Shown: one piece after another, positions 61,140 through 64,000 of the stretch
How positions within the stretch are numbered: the stretch's first letter is position 1
Layout: each line of letters begins with the position of its first letter
DNA from: Thermus sp.
GTDB lineage: Bacteria; Deinococcota; Deinococci; Deinococcales; Thermaceae
Assembly: GCF_039793865.1 (NCBI RefSeq)
Contig: NZ_JBAMMI010000085.1
Span: forward strand, 1,101-65,100
Length of the DNA stretch: 64,000 nucleotides
Direction: 5' to 3'
Program-made: the position numbers and the translations under genes
The notes under the pieces: generated by a model
What the model was told of the DNA's origin: nothing
The model's database searches: none
The model's input: only the letters and a program-made list of their open reading frames with translations

Positions 61140-62412
61140 GCTCTTCGCCCTCCTCCTCCTCGCCCTTCTCCTCCTCCTCGCCCCCCTGGCCTGGCTTTCC
61201 GCCCGGGAGGCGGAGCGGGCCGCGAGCGAGGACCTGAGGCGGGCCCTCTATACCCGGCTCTACCTCCTCCAGGCGGAGGGGGTGAGGGACGAGGAGCAGC
61301 TCCTCCTTGAGCTTTTCCGCCTGGCCCAGCTCTTCGGGGGCGGGGTGGGGTTTGTCCTCCGGGGGGGCGTGGCCCGGTTCACCCAGCTCGGGGACTGGCC
61401 TTTGCCCCCCGGGCTTCCCGCGGCTTTGGCGGCGGAAGGGGTCTACCAGGGGGTCTTTCGGGGGACGCTCTATGTGGCCCTGGCCCAAGGGGGGCTCGCC
61501 TATGGCCTCGGGGTACCCCTGGAAGGGGTTTCCGCCCTGGGGAGGCGGCTTCTCCTCCTCTACGCCACCTGGGGCGGGGGGCTTTTGCTTGGGGTCTTCC
61601 TCCTCGCCGCCCTCGCCCTTTCCTGGGCCCTCCGTCCCCTCCGGGAGCTGGAAAAGGCCTTGCGGGCCCGGGCCCCCGAGGACCTAAGCCCCCTCCCCGA
61701 CCCGGGCCTGGCCGAGCTCAGGCCAGTGGTGGCGGCGCTGAACGCCCTTTTCGCCCGGGTGGGGAGGCTCCTCGCCGAGCTCGCCGAGAAGGAGGAGGCG
61801 GCCCGGCGCTTCGCCCGCCACGCCTCCCACGAGCTCCGCACCCCCCTCACCGCCCTCAAGGGCTACCTGGAGGTGCTCCGCCGCAAAAACGAGCCCCGGG
61901 CCCTGGAGGGGGCCTTGCGGGAGGCCGGGCGCATGGAGGCCCTCCTCGCGGGGCTTCTCCGCCTCGCCCGCCTCGAGGCCCACCCCCTTTCCCCAAGGCC
62001 CTTGGACCTACGGGCCTTCCTGCGGGAGAGGGGGGTGGAGGCGGAGGGGGAGGGGGTGGTCCTGGCCGACCCTGAGCTTTTGGCCCTGGCGGTGGAGAAC
62101 GTCCTGGAGAACGCCCGCCGCCACGGCAGGCTTCCCGTGCGGGCGGAGCTTTCCCGGGAAGGAGAGGGGGTCTGGGTCTGGCTCGTGGACTCGGGGCCTG
62201 GTTTCCCCGAGCCCCTCCTGCCCCGGGTCCTGGAGCCCTTCGTGCACGGGGGGAAGGGGACGGGCCTGGGCCTCGCCCTGGTGGCCGCCGTGGCCCGGGC
62301 CCACGGGGGCAAGGCGCGGGCGGAAAACCGTGGGGGGGCAGGGGTGGGGCTTTTCCTGCCTTTGGCTTCCCTTAAGGTTTCCCCCGGTGCGCCCTTTGGG
62401 GAGGAGGGCTAG
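61108..62412 (+). CDS. Sensor histidine kinase (two TM, HisKA-HATPase_c)
   Basis: H-box ASHELRTPLTAL, N-box NVLENARRH, and G-boxes DSGPGFP / GTGLGLALV. The start is uncertain; ATG 61108 overlaps the RR gene by 32 nt. Confidence 0.85.
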   Translation: MATAFSSLRARLFALLLLALLLLLAPLAWLSAREAERAASEDLRRALYTRLYLLQAEGVRDEEQLLLELFRLAQLFGGGVGFVLRGGVARFTQLGDWPLPPGLPAALAAEGVYQGVFRGTLYVALAQGGLAYGLGVPLEGVSALGRRLLLLYATWGGGLLLGVFLLAALALSWALRPLRELEKALRARAPEDLSPLPDPGLAELRPVVAALNALFARVGRLLAELAEKEEAARRFARHASHELRTPLTALKGYLEVLRRKNEPRALEGALREAGRMEALLAGLLRLARLEAHPLSPRPLDLRAFLRERGVEAEGEGVVLADPELLALAVENVLENARRHGRLPVRAELSREGEGVWVWLVDSGPGFPEPLLPRVLEPFVHGGKGTGLGLALVAAVARAHGGKARAENRGGAGVGLFLPLASLKVSPGAPFGEEG

Positions 62413-62437
62413 CCTGGGCGCCGGGAGGTGATGGGAA

Positions 62438-62974
62438 GTGAAGGGAGCGGCTTTGGGCGCGCTGGTTCTTTTGGCGGGCCTTTCCCTGGCCCAGCAGGCG
62501 GACTACCGTATGGAGGCCCGGGCGGCCCTTGCCCTCTCCCAGCTGGAGCGGGTGGCCGGGCTGGCGGGGGGGGAGGAGAAGCTCCTCGCCTGGGCCAAGG
62601 AGGTGAAGGCCCGGGCGGAGAAGAGCCACGAGGCCAAGGCCTACTTCAAGGTCCTCCGGGAGGCCCAGGCGGCCCTTTTGCTTTACCGGGCCGCCCAAGG
62701 GGAGCCGAAGCTTAAGGCCCGGCCCCAGGCCCGCATGGGCTTTCACCACGGCTTCGGCCCGAAGGGCTGGGGCGGGAAAGGCGTGGACCTCAGGGCTCGG
62801 GCCCAGGCCGTCTCGGACCGGGCGGAGAAGGAGCTCGCCTACTACCGGGGCCAGGACCCCTTGGTGAAGGACCTGGTGGCCGAGGCCAAGAACCGGTTGG
62901 AGAAGGAGCCCGGCCGGGCCTGGATGCTGGCCCGGGCGGCCTTGGCCCTGATCTCGGCGGAGCGGGGCTTCTGA
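62438..62974 (+). CDS. Secreted all-helical protein, no family recognised (CpxP/Spy/ZraP-like context)
   Basis: Signal peptide MKGAALGALVLLAGLSLAQQ. The mature part is Ala/Lys/Glu/Arg-rich and predicted helical, with a central GFHHGFGPKGWGGKG loop. GTG start is preceded by GGGAGGTG. Confidence 0.6.
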   Translation: MKGAALGALVLLAGLSLAQQADYRMEARAALALSQLERVAGLAGGEEKLLAWAKEVKARAEKSHEAKAYFKVLREAQAALLLYRAAQGEPKLKARPQARMGFHHGFGPKGWGGKGVDLRARAQAVSDRAEKELAYYRGQDPLVKDLVAEAKNRLEKEPGRAWMLARAALALISAERGF

Positions 62975-62994
62975 GGCCGCACCGGGATTGACCC

Positions 62995-63402
62995 ATGCGC
63001 TGGCCCGTGCTCCTCCTCGCCTTCTTTGGGATGGCCCTGGGGGGGGAGCCCGGGCCTTTTTCGGAGGAGGCCGTCCTCCTGCGCTGCGCCGAGGTGGTGC
63101 GGGCCCTCGAGGTCCTGGCCCTCTACCGGGAGGGGGGGGCCACCCTGGTCCTCCTGGGGCGGGAGAGGCCCCTCCTCCTCCTGGCCCTGGAGGGGGAGAG
63201 ACCCTACCCCCACCTGGGCCCTCCCCGGGGCAGGCCCCTTCCCCGTAGGCCCTTGCCTTTCCTGAGGGAGTTCTCCCTGGCCCGGCGGGTGGTGGTCCTG
63301 CCGGGAGAGTACCGCTGCTTCGTCCTCCACCGGGGCCGGGTGGTGGGGGTGGTGCGTCTGGGGGAGGACCTCCGTCCCCTGCCCCTGCCCCAGGGCCCTT
63401 GA
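62995..63402 (+). CDS. Secreted hypothetical protein
   Basis: Signal-like N-terminus MRWPVLLLAFFGMALG and good GC3. No family was recognised. Confidence 0.5.
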   Translation: MRWPVLLLAFFGMALGGEPGPFSEEAVLLRCAEVVRALEVLALYREGGATLVLLGRERPLLLLALEGERPYPHLGPPRGRPLPRRPLPFLREFSLARRVVVLPGEYRCFVLHRGRVVGVVRLGEDLRPLPLPQGP

Positions 63403-63422
63403 GGGGGTAGAATGCCCCTCGT

Positions 63423-64000
63423 ATGAAGCCCGCTTTGGGGCCCGGGCTTTATCCCCTTTTAGGCCCCCCGGCCTCGGGGAAGACCCGGCTCGTCCTGGCC
63501 CACGCCCTGGAAGCCCTTAGGGCGCGGGGGCGGGTGTGGTGGGTGGGCCTGCCCCACCAGCGCGTTTACGTTCAGGAGCTTTTCGGCAGGGAGGGGCCCT
63601 TTTTGGGCCTGGAGTACCTCTCCTTCCAGGCCCTCTACTACCGGGCGCTGGCCGAGGCGGGTTGGCTTCGCCCCCTCCTTCCGGGGGCGGGGCGGGTGGC
63701 CCTGGTGGCCGAGGCCCTGCGGGAGCTCCATGGCCCTGGGGTAGCCCCCGGGGAGGCCCGGCTTTTCGCCCGGGCCATCGCCGAGCTCAAGCGCTTTGGG
63801 CTTTCCCCCTTCGCCCTGCCCAAGGAGGGGGAGGCGGGGAGGCTGAGGCGGGTCTACCTGGCCTACGAGCGCCTGAAGCGGGGAAGCCTGGATTACGATG
63901 ACTTCCGCCGCCTGGCGCTCAAGGTTCCCCTTCGCCTCTTCCCGAGGCCGCACCTGGTGGTGGTGGACGGTTTCCGGGAGGTGGGGCCCTTGGACTTGGC
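63423..64000 (+). CDS. P-loop NTPase, N-terminal part of a probable AddB/RecB-type helicase-nuclease subunit (3' end beyond window)
   Basis: It is open from ATG 63423 to the end of the window, so it is not in the ORF track. Walker A LLGPPASGKT is present, and VVVDGFRE resembles Walker B. A TAGAAT box lies 9 nt upstream. Confidence 0.45.
   Translation, partial: MKPALGPGLYPLLGPPASGKTRLVLAHALEALRARGRVWWVGLPHQRVYVQELFGREGPFLGLEYLSFQALYYRALAEAGWLRPLLPGAGRVALVAEALRELHGPGVAPGEARLFARAIAELKRFGLSPFALPKEGEAGRLRRVYLAYERLKRGSLDYDDFRRLALKVPLRLFPRPHLVVVDGFREVGPLDL

Overview
The window looks like chromosomal DNA from a Thermus species (Deinococcota). GC content is very high, with a strong G/C preference at third codon positions, and there are long spurious antisense ORFs. 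The gene order MqnD, CRP/FNR regulator, BshC, SpoIID, ATL matches my memory of the T. thermophilus HB8 TTHA1568-TTHA1564 region; this needs a BLAST check. Coding density is about 95%, and genes are packed by 1-4 nt start/stop overlaps. I support about 75 CDSs. They include a purine operon (purB, purC, purS, purQ, purL, purF) and heme genes (hemA, hemX-like, hemD, hemB). Other housekeeping genes are glyA, recN, recR-ybaB, gmk-rpoZ-coaBC, argR, ppsA, an EF-G paralog, nrdJ, mtaB, tmk and trpF. I saw no rRNA, tRNA, CRISPR array, transposase or integrase. The most interesting material, in rough order: (1) A translationally coupled cassette of three divergent Roadblock/LC7 paralogs plus a DUF3467 protein, downstream of ybaB-recR and with no GTPase partner nearby. 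(2) An operon that fuses a PP2C phosphatase, a Hanks kinase with an apparently cytoplasmic NHL propeller, an OmpR/HisKA two-component pair and two secreted proteins. It lies 16 bp from a divergent 573-aa orphan gene. (3) A ThiS/MoaD-like ubiquitin-like protein ending in GG-WYT, together with an orphan JAMM protease 36 kb away. (4) A DUF433/PIN-like toxin-antitoxin pair and an atypical HAD protein wedged inside the pur operon, next to a decayed MNT nucleotidyltransferase relic. (5) A cysteine-less FmdB-type zinc-ribbon homolog behind a perfect 9-N9-9 palindrome. (6) A dispersed roughly 70-nt hairpin-containing repeat in two convergent intergenic regions. (7) A recurrent leaderless architecture (-10 box, 6 nt, start codon), including an identical 15-mer promoter module at two unrelated genes. 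All functional calls come from motif recognition by eye. No database search was run.
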